A stretch of DNA of 64,000 nt from Candidatus Marinacidobacterium sp. (GCA_965220965.1 OZ244852.1:2016001-2080000); one strand, 5' to 3'. Shown: positions 38,090 to 48,327, counted from the first letter of the stretch. Translations and numbers: made by a program. The notes: generated by a model from the letters alone, not told the origin.

Positions 38090-39342
38090 CGGCCCCGTTG
38101 ATGGCGGTGGGCGACGACCTCCTCCGGGACGGGTTCGACGGCGTCCCGGTCGAGCGGCCGGGCGACGAAGACGAGGTCGCGGCGGCGCTCCGGACCGCTT
38201 CGGAGGCCGGCGAGGCCGTCGTCCTCCGCGGCGGGGGGACCCGGATGGATCTGGGCCGGCCGCCCTCGCGGGTCGACCGGGTGGTGGATCTCGGCCGCCT
38301 CGAAGGGATCATCGAGCACCACGTCGGCGACCTCACCGTGGAAGCGTGGGCCGGGACCACGGTCGCGGCGCTGAACGCCGCGCTCGCTCCCAGCGGGCAG
38401 TTCGCGGCGCTCGACCCGCCGCTCCCGGAGCGGGCCACACTGGGAGGGGTCATCGCCGCCGGCGAGCCGGGGATCCGCACGGTTCCCGGGGCCCGGCCCC
38501 GGGACGTCGTGCTGGGGCTGACCGCAGTTCTCTCCGACGGGACGCGGATCCGGTCCGGGGGGCGGGTCGTCAAGAACGTGACCGGCTACGAACTGAACAA
38601 GCTGTTCACCGGCTCGCTCGGGACGCTGGGCGCGATCACTCGGGTCACGCTGCGCTTGCGGGCGATCCCCGAGGCCTCGCGCACCGAGGTGTTCCGGCTT
38701 CAGGTCGAGGACTCCGCGGATGCGTTCGCCGACCGGGTGCTGGCCGCGGTCGGCGCGGCGCCCGGTCCCGCCGCGGCGGCGGTCGTCCCTCCGGGGACGG
38801 GGTCTCCCGGGCTGCCGGAAGACGGCGGATTCCGGCTCGCGGTGCGGTTCGAGGGGCTGCGGGAAGAGGCCGAGGTCCCCTCCGACGGAGTGGCCGACGC
38901 CGTGGGCGCCGCGGGAGAGGTCCTGGAGGACGGCTCGGCGCGCGAGTTCTGGGACGGGGTGCGCGACGGCGTCCTCTCGGTTCCGCGATCCACCGCCGCC
39001 CTCGGGGTGTCGGTCCGCGGACCGGCGGCCGCCGTGCTGCGTACCGCGTGGCGGCTGGCGGCGACCGGGCCGGCGTTCGCCTTCCCGGACCAGCGGCGCG
39101 CGGTGGCGAGCGTTCCTCCCGACGCGTTCGAAGCGGCGCGCGACCGGATCGAACCCGGCGTCGCGCTCGCGGTGGAATCCGCCCCTGCCGGGTGGAAGTC
39201 CGGCGGCGAGGTGTTCTGGCCTCCACCCCCCGCCGCGCTGGAAGCCCTGAACGCCCGGCTCAAGCGCGCCCTCGACCCGCGGGGCGTCCTCGCCCCCGGC
39301 CGCCTCGCCGGCGCCGGGGCAACGATGGAGGCGGCCTCGTGA
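38080..39342 (+). CDS. glcE: Glycolate oxidase FAD-binding subunit GlcE-like
   Basis: DLTV..AG, ATLGG, GGRVVKNVTGYEL.KL..GS.GTLG and LK.ALDP.G.L.PGR; lies between glcD and glcF. Confidence 0.85.
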   Translation: MDLAAPLMAVGDDLLRDGFDGVPVERPGDEDEVAAALRTASEAGEAVVLRGGGTRMDLGRPPSRVDRVVDLGRLEGIIEHHVGDLTVEAWAGTTVAALNAALAPSGQFAALDPPLPERATLGGVIAAGEPGIRTVPGARPRDVVLGLTAVLSDGTRIRSGGRVVKNVTGYELNKLFTGSLGTLGAITRVTLRLRAIPEASRTEVFRLQVEDSADAFADRVLAAVGAAPGPAAAAVVPPGTGSPGLPEDGGFRLAVRFEGLREEAEVPSDGVADAVGAAGEVLEDGSAREFWDGVRDGVLSVPRSTAALGVSVRGPAAAVLRTAWRLAATGPAFAFPDQRRAVASVPPDAFEAARDRIEPGVALAVESAPAGWKSGGEVFWPPPPAALEALNARLKRALDPRGVLAPGRLAGAGATMEAAS

Positions 39343-40694
39343 AGGACAACCACCCGGGCGCGCCGCCGTCCGCCGGAAACGGGCCCGCTTCGGCCCCCGC
39401 CGCCGGGCCGGAGCTTCCGCTCCACGGCGAGCTGGGACGCCTCTACGAGAAGACGCTCGCCTGTGTCCACTGCGGGCTGTGCCTGCCCGCCTGCCCCGCC
39501 TACGGCGAAGCGCCCCGCGAGTCGCTCGCGCCCCGGGGACAGGTCTACATCGCCCGCGCCGTCCTCGAAGGGCGGCTGGAGGCGGCCCCCGGGATCGCCG
39601 ACGACCTCTACGAGTGCCTGGCGTGCCGGGGGTGCGAGACGGTCTGCCCGGCGGGCGTCGAGGTCGGGACGATCGTCGAAGGGGTGCGCGGTCTGCTCGA
39701 CGAGAAGCGGGTCGAGCCCCGGTGGACGCGCTTCGCGCGCCGGCTGGCGCTCGGGGGCGTGGTGGCGCGGCCTCGAATGCTCCGGGTTGCGATGGCGGCG
39801 ATGCGCCTCGGGACGCGGCCCGGCGTGCGCCGCCTGGTGCGCCCCCTCCTTCGCCGTCTCGCCCCGGGGCTGGCTTCCCGCGAGAAGCTGCTTCCGGAGG
39901 TCCCTCCGGCGGAGCGCCTCCCGCGCCGGTTCCCGGCCCGCGGCGCTGCGCGGCGCGGCAAGGCGTTCCTGTTCCTCGGGTGCGTGGCGCCGCACCTGCG
40001 GCCCGAGACGACCCGGGCGGCCGGTGAAGCGCTGGCGCGCAACGGCTGGGAGGTGGAAGTCCCTCCGGCGCAGCGCTGCTGCGGGGCGCTCCACCTCCAC
40101 GCCGGGCTCCGCGATCAGGCTCAGCGGCTGGCCCGGCGCAACCTGGAGGCCTTCCCCGAGGGCGGCCCGGTGGTGACCACCGCCGCCGGTTGCGGCGCCG
40201 CGCTCTCCGAGTACGGGGAGCTCCTGACCGGAGACGACGCCGCCCGGACCTTCGGCGCCCGGATCACCGATGTCTCGGCGCTCCTCGCCCGGGAGGGGTT
40301 CGAGCCGCCGACCGCCGCGCCCGCCGACCGGCCGCTGCGGGCGGTCTACGACGCGCCCTGCCATCTGTTCCACGCGCAGAAGGTGCGCGACGAGCCGCTC
40401 GAAGTGCTGCGGAGCCTGCCCGGCGTCGAGCTCGCGCCGTTCCGCGACCCCGAGCGTTGCTGCGGCTCGGCCGGGATCTACAGCGTGACCCGGCACGAGA
40501 CCTCGATGGCGGTGCTCGACCGGAAGATGGAGGCGATCAGCCCGGCGAAGCCCGACCTGATCGCCACCGGCAACATCGGCTGCCACCTGCAATTGCGCGC
40601 CGGCGCGGAGCGCGCCGGGCTGGCCGCGGAGGTCGCCCATCCGGTCGAATTGCTGGCGCGGGCCTATCGAAGATCGGACGCGAAATCCGGTTGA
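39339..40694 (+). CDS. glcF: Glycolate oxidase iron-sulfur subunit GlcF-like
   Basis: CVHCGLCLPACP, CLACRGCETVCP and two CCG domains (CCGAL, CCGSAG). GTG 39339 overlaps the glcE stop. Confidence 0.9.
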   Translation: MKDNHPGAPPSAGNGPASAPAAGPELPLHGELGRLYEKTLACVHCGLCLPACPAYGEAPRESLAPRGQVYIARAVLEGRLEAAPGIADDLYECLACRGCETVCPAGVEVGTIVEGVRGLLDEKRVEPRWTRFARRLALGGVVARPRMLRVAMAAMRLGTRPGVRRLVRPLLRRLAPGLASREKLLPEVPPAERLPRRFPARGAARRGKAFLFLGCVAPHLRPETTRAAGEALARNGWEVEVPPAQRCCGALHLHAGLRDQAQRLARRNLEAFPEGGPVVTTAAGCGAALSEYGELLTGDDAARTFGARITDVSALLAREGFEPPTAAPADRPLRAVYDAPCHLFHAQKVRDEPLEVLRSLPGVELAPFRDPERCCGSAGIYSVTRHETSMAVLDRKMEAISPAKPDLIATGNIGCHLQLRAGAERAGLAAEVAHPVELLARAYRRSDAKSG

Positions 40695-40742
40695 ACAAAC
40701 CGGACCCGCCGCGCATATGCTCGCGGGTCGCGCCCCCGACCG

Positions 40743-41972
40743 ATGTCCGATCCGGTACTGCCTCGCCTCGCGCTCCAGCGGGTCCAGCGAGCGCTCCGCA
40801 AAGCCCCGGTGGTTCTCCTCAGCGGGGCCCGCGCCACCGGCAAGACGACGCTCTGCCAGGAGCTGATCCGCGAGGCGCCGCGGCGCTACCTGACGCTCTC
40901 CGACGACCGCTTTCGGGACATCGCGCGGCGCGAGGAGCGGTCGCTGGCGAACGGGGACCCGCTGGTGCTCGAGGACCTCGAACGGGAGCCGCGTCTCCTG
41001 CGCGCGATCGCGCAGGGCGTGGGCCGGCGAGCCGCCCCGGGGCGCGTCCTGCTGACCTCCTCGGCGCATCTCGAGATGCTGCCGCGCATCCGCGAGCGGT
41101 TGCCGGGACGCGCGCAGTCGGTGCGGGTCTGGCCGCTCACCCGGCGGGAAGCGCGGGGAGGCGGGACCTGCGGCCGCTGGGGCCGGCTCGCGGAGGCGCC
41201 GGAACGCGAATGGATGGACGCGTTGACGGTCACGAACGGGAACGCGCAGAAGGCCGAGGACTGGAGGGCGCTCGCCCGCCTCGGCGGCTTCCCGGCCGCG
41301 CAGCGGCTCCGGCGCCCGCGCGACCGGAAACGCTGGTTCCAGGGCTACGTGAACGAGTTCCTCAGCGAGGACCTGCGCCGCCTGTCGGCGGCGAGTTCCA
41401 CCCCCAGCTTCCGGCGGCTGATGCGCGCGGCGGCGCTCCGGCTGGGCCGGGTGGTCAACCAGACCTCGCTGGGCCGCGCCGTCAAGACACCGCAGCCGAC
41501 GGTGCGGCGGCGGCTCGGCCTGCTGGAGGCGGCCGGCCTGCTGGTGAAGGTCCCGGCGTGGACCCGGCGCGGCGCGAAGCGCCTCACCAAGTCGCCGCGC
41601 CTCTACTGGTCGGACACCGGGCTGGCGATCCACCTCGCCGACGAAGCCCGGCTCGGTGAGCCGCACCTGCGCAACCTCCTGCTGATGGACCTGATGGCGT
41701 GGCGCGACGGGGCGGACGACGCCATCGAGGTGTTCCACTGGCGCACGACGACCGACGCCGAGGTCGACTTCGTCATCGAGACATCCAAGGGACTGATCCC
41801 GGTCGAGGTCACGACCGCGTCCTCTCCGACCCCGGAGAACATCACCCAGTTGCGCACGTTCCGGGGCGAGTGTCCCGACCAGGCGCGCGCCGGCCTCGCG
41901 CTGCACACCGGCGCCGAGACCGGGTGGGTCGCCGACGGCGTCCTCGGACTCCCCTGGTGGAGGATCCTCTGA
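40743..41972 (+). CDS. AAA_14 ATPase + DUF4143 protein (degenerate motifs)
   Basis: GARATGKTT, LPGR, PLT..E, GGFP, K.P.LY..DTGL and WRT....EVDFV. Confidence 0.85.
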   Translation: MSDPVLPRLALQRVQRALRKAPVVLLSGARATGKTTLCQELIREAPRRYLTLSDDRFRDIARREERSLANGDPLVLEDLEREPRLLRAIAQGVGRRAAPGRVLLTSSAHLEMLPRIRERLPGRAQSVRVWPLTRREARGGGTCGRWGRLAEAPEREWMDALTVTNGNAQKAEDWRALARLGGFPAAQRLRRPRDRKRWFQGYVNEFLSEDLRRLSAASSTPSFRRLMRAAALRLGRVVNQTSLGRAVKTPQPTVRRRLGLLEAAGLLVKVPAWTRRGAKRLTKSPRLYWSDTGLAIHLADEARLGEPHLRNLLLMDLMAWRDGADDAIEVFHWRTTTDAEVDFVIETSKGLIPVEVTTASSPTPENITQLRTFRGECPDQARAGLALHTGAETGWVADGVLGLPWWRIL

Positions 41973-42010
41973 GGACGGCGACGGATCCCCGATGACCGCC
42001 TGACGGACTG

Positions 42011-43909
42011 CTAGTTCCCGACCGTCAGCAGGACCTGTCCTTCGACCACCGCGTCGCCCACCGCGGCGGCCGGCGGACCGAGCCGTCCCGCGGCCGGCGC
42101 GCGCACCTCCCAGTGCATCTTCATCGACTCGATCACGGCCACCGCCTCCCCCTGCTCGACCGCGGCGCCCGGCTCGTCACGGATGCGCAGCAGCCTGCCG
42201 GCGAGCGGGGCGCGCACTTCGGCCCCGCCTGAGGCGCTCTCCTCCTTCCGCCGCGCCCCCTCGAGCGTCAGCCGCAGGGTCCCGCCCTTCGCCGAGAACC
42301 AGGCCACGCCGTCCGCGCCCGGCCCGGTGGCCACGACCCGGAGCGCCTCGTCGCCTCCCGGAGCGTGGAGCAGCGCCTCGCCGGGCCGGCCGCTCGGCCC
42401 GATCCGGGGGAAGACCCCTTCCGCCTCCCCGACCCGGCGAAACAGCCCGGCGCCCGGACCCGGCGACCTCCCGGAGGACGCCGCGACGACCGCCTCCCCC
42501 ACCCGGGGTCGCTCCAGGAGCTCCTTCGCCCAGGCGGGGAACGTCTCCTGCGCGAGCTCGCCCACCTTCTCCTCGACCCAGCCGGTGTGCGCGCGGCCAT
42601 CCCGGAAGTCCCCGTGGCGCAGGATCGCGGCGAGGAGCGGCAGGTTCGTCTCGACCCCGTGGACCACGGCTTCGTCGAGCGCCGCCGCCAGCGCGTCCGC
42701 CGCCTCATCGAGCGACACCGCGCGCCGGATCGCCTTGAACAGGAGCGAGTCGAACCCCGGAGGCGCCGCGCTCCCCGCCTCGACCCCCGAGTCCACCCGG
42801 ACGCCTGGCGGCGGGCGGTAACGGCGGATCCGCCCGGGGCTCGGCGCGAACCCCTCGCGGGGCGACTCGGCGAGCACCCGCGCCTCGATCACCGCCCCCG
42901 AGGGAACGAGCGGCTCGAACTCCTCCGGCGCCGCCGGGGCGGGGAGCGACGCCGGCCACTCCCCGAGCGCCAGCGCGAACTGGGCGTCCACCAGGTCCAC
43001 GCCGTAGGCCTCCTCGGTGACCGGGTGCTCGACCTGGAGCCGGGTGTTCACCTCGAGGAAGTGGAAGGCGCCATCGGGCTCGAGCAGGAACTCGACGGTC
43101 CCCGCGCCCCGGTAGCGGCTGGCCGCGACCAGCCGGAGCGCGGCTTCCCCCAGTCTTCGCCGCAGGCCGGGCGTCACGCCGAACCCGGGCGTCCACTCGA
43201 GGAGCTTCTGCCGGCGGCGCTGGACGGAACACTCGCGCTCGCCGAGGTGGATCCCGCCTCCCTCGCCGTCGCCGAAGACCTGGACCTCGACGTGCCTCGG
43301 GGCGTCCACCCAGCGCTCCACGTAGACGGTCCCGTCGCCGAACGCCGCGCTCGCCTGCGCCGCCGCCGCCTCGAGCGCCCGGGGGAGCTCCGCGGGATCG
43401 CGCACAACCCGGATCCCGATCCCCCCGCCGCCGGCGGCCGCCTTCACCGCCCAGGGCGAAGCGAGGCCGGCCCGCTTCAGCGCTCCGAGCGGGTCCCCGT
43501 CCCCGAGGGCGGCGGCCTCGACCCCGGGGAGCACCGGGACGTCCGTCGCGACCGCGAGCCGCCGCGCCTCCTGCTTGTCGCCGAGAAGCCGCATCGCGTC
43601 GGCGGTGGGCCCGCAGAACGCGATCCCGGCCGCTTCGGTGGCGGCGGCGAAGTCGGGGCTCTCGGAGAGGAACCCGTAGCCCGGGTGGAGGAGGTCGGCG
43701 CCCCAGTCGGCCGCCGCCGCGACGACAGCCTCCCGGTCGAGGAAGCTCTCGACCTGGAGCACCCGGTCCACTTCGGCGCGGATCGGGGCGCCGCGGTCCG
43801 CGGGCGTCGAGATCGCCGCCGCCTCGAAGCCCCGCGCGCGGGCGGCGCGAAGGATCCGCCGGGCGATCTCGCCGCGGTTCGCGATCACGAGCCGCGGCGG
43901 GGAAGCCAC
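42011..43909 (-). CDS. Acyl-CoA carboxylase biotin carboxylase / biotin-carrier subunit (LiuD/AtuF-like)
   Basis: IANRGEIA, HPGYGFLSE, RHVEVQ, ERECSVQRR, EVNTRLQVEHPVTE and C-terminal ESMKM biotinylation site. Confidence 0.9.
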   Translation of the reverse strand: MASPPRLVIANRGEIARRILRAARARGFEAAAISTPADRGAPIRAEVDRVLQVESFLDREAVVAAAADWGADLLHPGYGFLSESPDFAAATEAAGIAFCGPTADAMRLLGDKQEARRLAVATDVPVLPGVEAAALGDGDPLGALKRAGLASPWAVKAAAGGGGIGIRVVRDPAELPRALEAAAAQASAAFGDGTVYVERWVDAPRHVEVQVFGDGEGGGIHLGERECSVQRRRQKLLEWTPGFGVTPGLRRRLGEAALRLVAASRYRGAGTVEFLLEPDGAFHFLEVNTRLQVEHPVTEEAYGVDLVDAQFALALGEWPASLPAPAAPEEFEPLVPSGAVIEARVLAESPREGFAPSPGRIRRYRPPPGVRVDSGVEAGSAAPPGFDSLLFKAIRRAVSLDEAADALAAALDEAVVHGVETNLPLLAAILRHGDFRDGRAHTGWVEEKVGELAQETFPAWAKELLERPRVGEAVVAASSGRSPGPGAGLFRRVGEAEGVFPRIGPSGRPGEALLHAPGGDEALRVVATGPGADGVAWFSAKGGTLRLTLEGARRKEESASGGAEVRAPLAGRLLRIRDEPGAAVEQGEAVAVIESMKMHWEVRAPAAGRLGPPAAAVGDAVVEGQVLLTVGN

Positions 43910-43915
43910 CGGCCG

Positions 43916-44731
43916 CTACTCCCGCGCTCCCTCGTCCCGACGGGGAGACCAGGGCGGCGGCGTCCGGGTGAAGAACGCGGAAGTCCCGGCCTGGCCCTCG
44001 TCCCCCGCCCGGGCGGCGGCGATCGTCCGGACCGTGAGGTCCTCGATCTCGGCGGAGGGGAGCGGCGCCTCCCGGAGCATGAGCGCCTTGGCGCGGCGGA
44101 CGGCGCGGGGGGCGCTCTCGAGGTGCTCGCGCACGATCTCGTCGAGCGCCTCGTCCAGCGCGTCCGCGGGGACGGCCCGGTGGGCGATGCCCCGGGTTAC
44201 GGCCTCCGCGCCACGGAAGACGGCGCCGCCGAGCAGCAGCGGCCCGGCGAACCCCGGGCCCAGCCGCCGCACGACGTACGGCGAAATCACCGCCGGGACC
44301 AGCCCGAGCCGGGCTTCCGGCGTCCCGAACCGGGCGTCCTCGGCGGCGAGCACGAAGTCGGACGCCACCGCGAGCCCGAACCCGCCGCCGATGGCCGCGC
44401 CCTGGACCCGCGCGATGACCGGCGCCGGGAACGCCGCGACCGAGCGGAAGAGGCGGGCGAAGCGCCGCGCGTCCTCCCGGTTCGCTTCTTCGTCCGCCCT
44501 CCCGGCGTCGCGCATCGCGCCCAGATCGGCCCCGGCGCAGAAGATCTTGCCCTCCCCGGCAAGCACGACCGCGCGGCACGCCTCGGGCGCAAGGGCCGCC
44601 GCCTCGTCGAGGAGGTCCGCGATCCCGGTCACCATCTCCGGGCTCAGGGCGTTGCGCGCCTCCGGGCGGCGGAGGGTCAGGCGGACGACGCCGTCGGTCC
44701 CGGCCGCCAGTTCGAGGTGCGTTCGGGTCAT
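43916..44731 (-). CDS. Enoyl-CoA hydratase (methylglutaconyl/isohexenylglutaconyl-CoA hydratase-like, LiuC/AtuE)
   Basis: RNAL, FCAGADL, AIGGGFGL and PEARLGL.PAVISPYV. ATG 44731 overlaps the atuA-like stop. Confidence 0.88.
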   Translation of the reverse strand: MTRTHLELAAGTDGVVRLTLRRPEARNALSPEMVTGIADLLDEAAALAPEACRAVVLAGEGKIFCAGADLGAMRDAGRADEEANREDARRFARLFRSVAAFPAPVIARVQGAAIGGGFGLAVASDFVLAAEDARFGTPEARLGLVPAVISPYVVRRLGPGFAGPLLLGGAVFRGAEAVTRGIAHRAVPADALDEALDEIVREHLESAPRAVRRAKALMLREAPLPSAEIEDLTVRTIAAARAGDEGQAGTSAFFTRTPPPWSPRRDEGARE

Positions 44732-46641
44732 GGGACCTCCGGGGCGTAGGACGGCGAGAGCGCGCGGTCTTCGGGGGCGATCGTCCCGAGCAGATCGGCG
44801 GGAACGGCCACCGGGCGGCGCAGCAGGTCCTGCGCCAGCGTCTTTCCTTGCGGATCGAGCAGCAGGCTGCGGGTCCCTCCGCCGCCGAGCGCTCGTTCGA
44901 GGATGAAATTGAGCGCCCACAGCCCCGGAAGGTCGAAACGGGTGACCGGCCCCCCGGCGATCCCCCGGGTCCACTCCGCCATCCGCTCGGCGGTCAGGTT
45001 GCGGGCGAGCCATGCGTGGCACGCGGCGCTCCGGCCGATGACCCCGAGGTTCGCGGCGTCGCCCTTGTCGCCGCCGCGGGCGTGGGCCACCGCGCCCAGC
45101 GGAACCGTGCGGAGCGGACCTTCCGGCGGGGGCGCTGCCGGCGCGCGACCCGGCGCGGGCGACCGGCCCGCCCCTGGAGTCTGCGTGACGCCCCCGGGCC
45201 GGAACTCCTCCTCGGCGATGGTCTCGACGCCTCCCCCGGCCGACTGGCGGAAGACGCGCACCCGCGCCGGGACGCGCTCCCTGGGAACGAGCGCCGGCCA
45301 GTAGCCGACGACGTCGGAAACGGCGGGCGCCCCGCCGGTCACCGCGAGCCCGGCGGGACCGCTCAGTATGAGGCTCGAGAGCAGCTTGCGGAAGACGAGC
45401 AGCGGCGCCCGTTCGGTCGCGAACGCGGCGAAGCGCGCGAGGCCTTCTCCCGGTTCGGGAACCTCGCCGCCGAAGCCCCGCTGCGCCGCTCCGTCCCCGG
45501 CGAGATCCACCCGGAGTTCGTCGGGCGGCGCGCACCCGGCGGCGGCGCAGTCGGCTTCCAGGCGCTCCCGGAAGGCCGCTTCGAGCGCACGGACCTTGGC
45601 CCGGACATCGGGGCCTCCGACGACCAGCGCGCCGCGGGCCGCGTAACCGGAAGCCAGCGAGGCGCTCACCTTCAGATCCGGGGGCGGCGGCCCGCCCCGC
45701 GCGCCCTCGACGGCGACCCGGTCGGGGCCCTCCGCCTCGACCCGAAGCCCGGAGAAGTCCACCGTGGCGTCCGGGCAGAGATAGCCGGACGGATCCCCCA
45801 GTTCGTAGAGGAGCTGCTCCCTCGCCACCGCCGGCGTCACGAGGCCGCCGGTTCCCGGCTGCTTCGTGAGGGTGAACCGGCCGGAGGCCTCCACCTCGAC
45901 CACCGGGAACCCCTGGCGGGCGAGCCCGGGGACCCGCCCCCAGTCGGTGAAGTTGCCGCCGGTGGCCTGGACGCCGCACTCGATGAGGTGCCCGGCCACG
46001 ATCCCGCCGGCGAGCCGGTCCCAGTCGTCGGGCGCCCAGCCGAGCGCGTGGCGGATGGCGGCGAGCGTGATGCCGGTGTCGGTGACCCTTCCGGTGATGA
46101 CCACGTCGGGCCGGTGCGCCAGCGCCCGGACGACCGGTTCGGCCCCGAGGTAGGCGTTCGCCGAGAGGACCGCCGCCCGCCGGGGACCGAAGGACTGCCC
46201 GGTCTCCATGTTGTCGAAGGAGACGCCATCGGCGAGGAGCGCATCGAGGCGGTCCATCAGGTCGTCGCCGTCGACCACACCGACGACCAGCGGCTCGCCG
46301 GCGGCGCGCGCCGCCTCGAGCACCGCGCGGGCGCAGGCGGCCGGGTTCACCCCGCCGGCGTTCGCGATCACCGTGATCCCGCGCTCCCGGATCGCGCCGA
46401 GGAGGGGGGCGAGCTGGGTCACGAAGTCGCGGGCGTAGCCCCGTTCCGGATCGCGGGCGCGCTGCTTCTGAAGGATGCTCATCGTGATCTCGGCGAGGTA
46501 GTCCGCCGTCACGAACCGCGGCGGGTCCGCGCCGAGAACCTGCTGGCGCAGCGCCCCCGGGTCGTCGCCCCAGTAGCCCCCGGCGTTGCCGACGCGCACG
46601 CTCCCCCCGGAAGCGGAAGGTGGTGGCGCGGCCGTGGACAA
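44728..46641 (-). CDS. Acyclic terpene utilization AtuA-family protein (DUF1446 plus C-terminal domain)
   Basis: GNAGGYWGD, DYLAEITMSI, NAGG.NP, SANAYLGA, TGRVTD, GHLIECG.Q.TGGNF, EQLLYE, RGGDKG and DPQGK. Confidence 0.9.
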   Translation of the reverse strand: MSTAAPPPSASGGSVRVGNAGGYWGDDPGALRQQVLGADPPRFVTADYLAEITMSILQKQRARDPERGYARDFVTQLAPLLGAIRERGITVIANAGGVNPAACARAVLEAARAAGEPLVVGVVDGDDLMDRLDALLADGVSFDNMETGQSFGPRRAAVLSANAYLGAEPVVRALAHRPDVVITGRVTDTGITLAAIRHALGWAPDDWDRLAGGIVAGHLIECGVQATGGNFTDWGRVPGLARQGFPVVEVEASGRFTLTKQPGTGGLVTPAVAREQLLYELGDPSGYLCPDATVDFSGLRVEAEGPDRVAVEGARGGPPPPDLKVSASLASGYAARGALVVGGPDVRAKVRALEAAFRERLEADCAAAGCAPPDELRVDLAGDGAAQRGFGGEVPEPGEGLARFAAFATERAPLLVFRKLLSSLILSGPAGLAVTGGAPAVSDVVGYWPALVPRERVPARVRVFRQSAGGGVETIAEEEFRPGGVTQTPGAGRSPAPGRAPAAPPPEGPLRTVPLGAVAHARGGDKGDAANLGVIGRSAACHAWLARNLTAERMAEWTRGIAGGPVTRFDLPGLWALNFILERALGGGGTRSLLLDPQGKTLAQDLLRRPVAVPADLLGTIAPEDRALSPSYAPEVP

Positions 46642-46648
46642 GGCCGGG

Positions 46649-48256
46649 CTACATGCGGAAGATCCCGTGGCGGGATCCGGCCGGCTCGCTGTTCATGGCG
46701 GCGGCGAGACTCAGCGCGAGCGTCCGCCGGGTGCGCCGCATGTCGATCACCCCGTCGTCCCAGAGGCGGGCGCTGGCGTGGTGGGGGTGGCCCTCGCGCT
46801 CGTAGCGGGCGCGGACCGGACCGGCGATGGCCTCCGCCTCCTCGTTCGAAAGGCTCTCCCCGGCGCGCTCGCGCTGGTCGCGCTTCACCTGGACCAGCAC
46901 CGACGCCGCCTGTTCGCCGCCCATGACCGAGATCCGGGCCGACGGCCACGACCAGACGAACGCCGGGTCGAAGGCGCGGCCGCACATCGCGTAGTTCCCG
47001 GCGCCGAAGCTGCCCCCCGCGATCAGGGTGATCCGGGGGACTCCGGCGGTCGCCACCGCGTTGACCAGCTTGGCGCCGTCCTTCGCGATCCCGCCCCGTT
47101 CGTAGCGGGCGCCCACCATGAAGCCGGTGATGTCCTGGAGGAAGAGCAGCGGCAGTCCTTCGCGCGAACAGATCTGGATGAAGTGCGCCCCCTTGAGCGC
47201 GCTCTCGCTGAACAGGACGCCGTTGCTCGCCACCACCCCGACCGCGATGCCCTCGATGTGGGCGAAGCCGGTCACCAGGGTAGTTCCGTAGCGCTCCTTG
47301 AACTCGTCGAGGCGGCTGCCGTCGAGCAGGCGGGCGAGCGTCTCGCGGATGTCCACCCGCACCCTCGGATCGCGGGGCCAGACCCCGGGAAGCTCTTCCT
47401 CGGGGTAGTCGGGGGGCTCCGGATCACGCGCCTTGAGCCGCCCGGTCCGACCCGCCGGGAGGCGGGAGACGGCGCGGCGCAGCGTCTCGAGCGCCTCCTC
47501 GTCGTTCGCCGCGACGTGGTCGGCCACGCCCGATTGCTCGGTGTGGACCCGCGCCCCGCCGAGTTCCTCGGGGGTCACTTCCTCGCCGGTGGCGGCCTTC
47601 ACCAGCGGCGGGCCGCCGAGGTAGATCGTCCCGGCGCCGGAGACGATGACCGTCTCGTCGCTCATCGCCGGGACGTAGGCGCCGCCGGCGGTGCACATGC
47701 CGAGGACGGCGGAGAGTTGCGGGATCCCGCGCGCGCTCATCACCGCCTGGTTGCGGAAGATGCGGCCGAAGTGGTCCCGGTCGGGAAACACCTCGGCCTG
47801 AAGCGGGAGGTAGGCGCCGCCACTGTCCACCAGGTAGACGCAGGGGAGCTCGCAGGCCTCGGCGATTTCCTGGGCCCGCAGGTGCTTCCTGACCGTCAGC
47901 GGAAAGTAGGCCCCGCCCTTCACGGTGGCGTCGTTCGCCACGACCATGACGAGACGGCCGGCGACCGACGCGACGCCGGTCACCAGCCCGGCCGAGGGGG
48001 TCGGAACGTCGTAGCAGTCGAGCCCGGCGAGCGGCGCCACTTCGAGGAACGGCGTCCCGGGGTCGGCGAGCCGCGCGATCCGCTCGCGGGCGAACAGCTT
48101 CCCCTGGTCCCGGTGGCGCTTGCGAGCGCGTTCGCCGCCGCCGGAGCGCGCCTCGCCGAGACGCGCTTCGAGATCCTCGCAGGCCGCCCGCCAGTGGGCC
48201 TCGTTCTCCCGGAACTCCTTGGAATCGGTGGAGATATGGGATCGGATCCGGGCCAA
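46649..48256 (-). CDS. Acyl-CoA carboxylase carboxyltransferase subunit (MCC beta / LiuB / AtuC-like)
   Basis: ANDATVKGG, KHLRAQ, DSGGAYLP.Q.EVFPDRDHFGRIF, CTAGGAY, QDITGFMVG, GAGNY.MCGR and WDDG. TTG 48256 gives 535 aa. Confidence 0.92.
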   Translation of the reverse strand: MARIRSHISTDSKEFRENEAHWRAACEDLEARLGEARSGGGERARKRHRDQGKLFARERIARLADPGTPFLEVAPLAGLDCYDVPTPSAGLVTGVASVAGRLVMVVANDATVKGGAYFPLTVRKHLRAQEIAEACELPCVYLVDSGGAYLPLQAEVFPDRDHFGRIFRNQAVMSARGIPQLSAVLGMCTAGGAYVPAMSDETVIVSGAGTIYLGGPPLVKAATGEEVTPEELGGARVHTEQSGVADHVAANDEEALETLRRAVSRLPAGRTGRLKARDPEPPDYPEEELPGVWPRDPRVRVDIRETLARLLDGSRLDEFKERYGTTLVTGFAHIEGIAVGVVASNGVLFSESALKGAHFIQICSREGLPLLFLQDITGFMVGARYERGGIAKDGAKLVNAVATAGVPRITLIAGGSFGAGNYAMCGRAFDPAFVWSWPSARISVMGGEQAASVLVQVKRDQRERAGESLSNEEAEAIAGPVRARYEREGHPHHASARLWDDGVIDMRRTRRTLALSLAAAMNSEPAGSRHGIFRM

Positions 48257-48327
48257 GCGCGTTCCTGTCGGCTGCCCGGATTCTAGTGGGCGGTGGCGCG
48301 CCATCGGGGCCCGTACACTGGGGTTCC

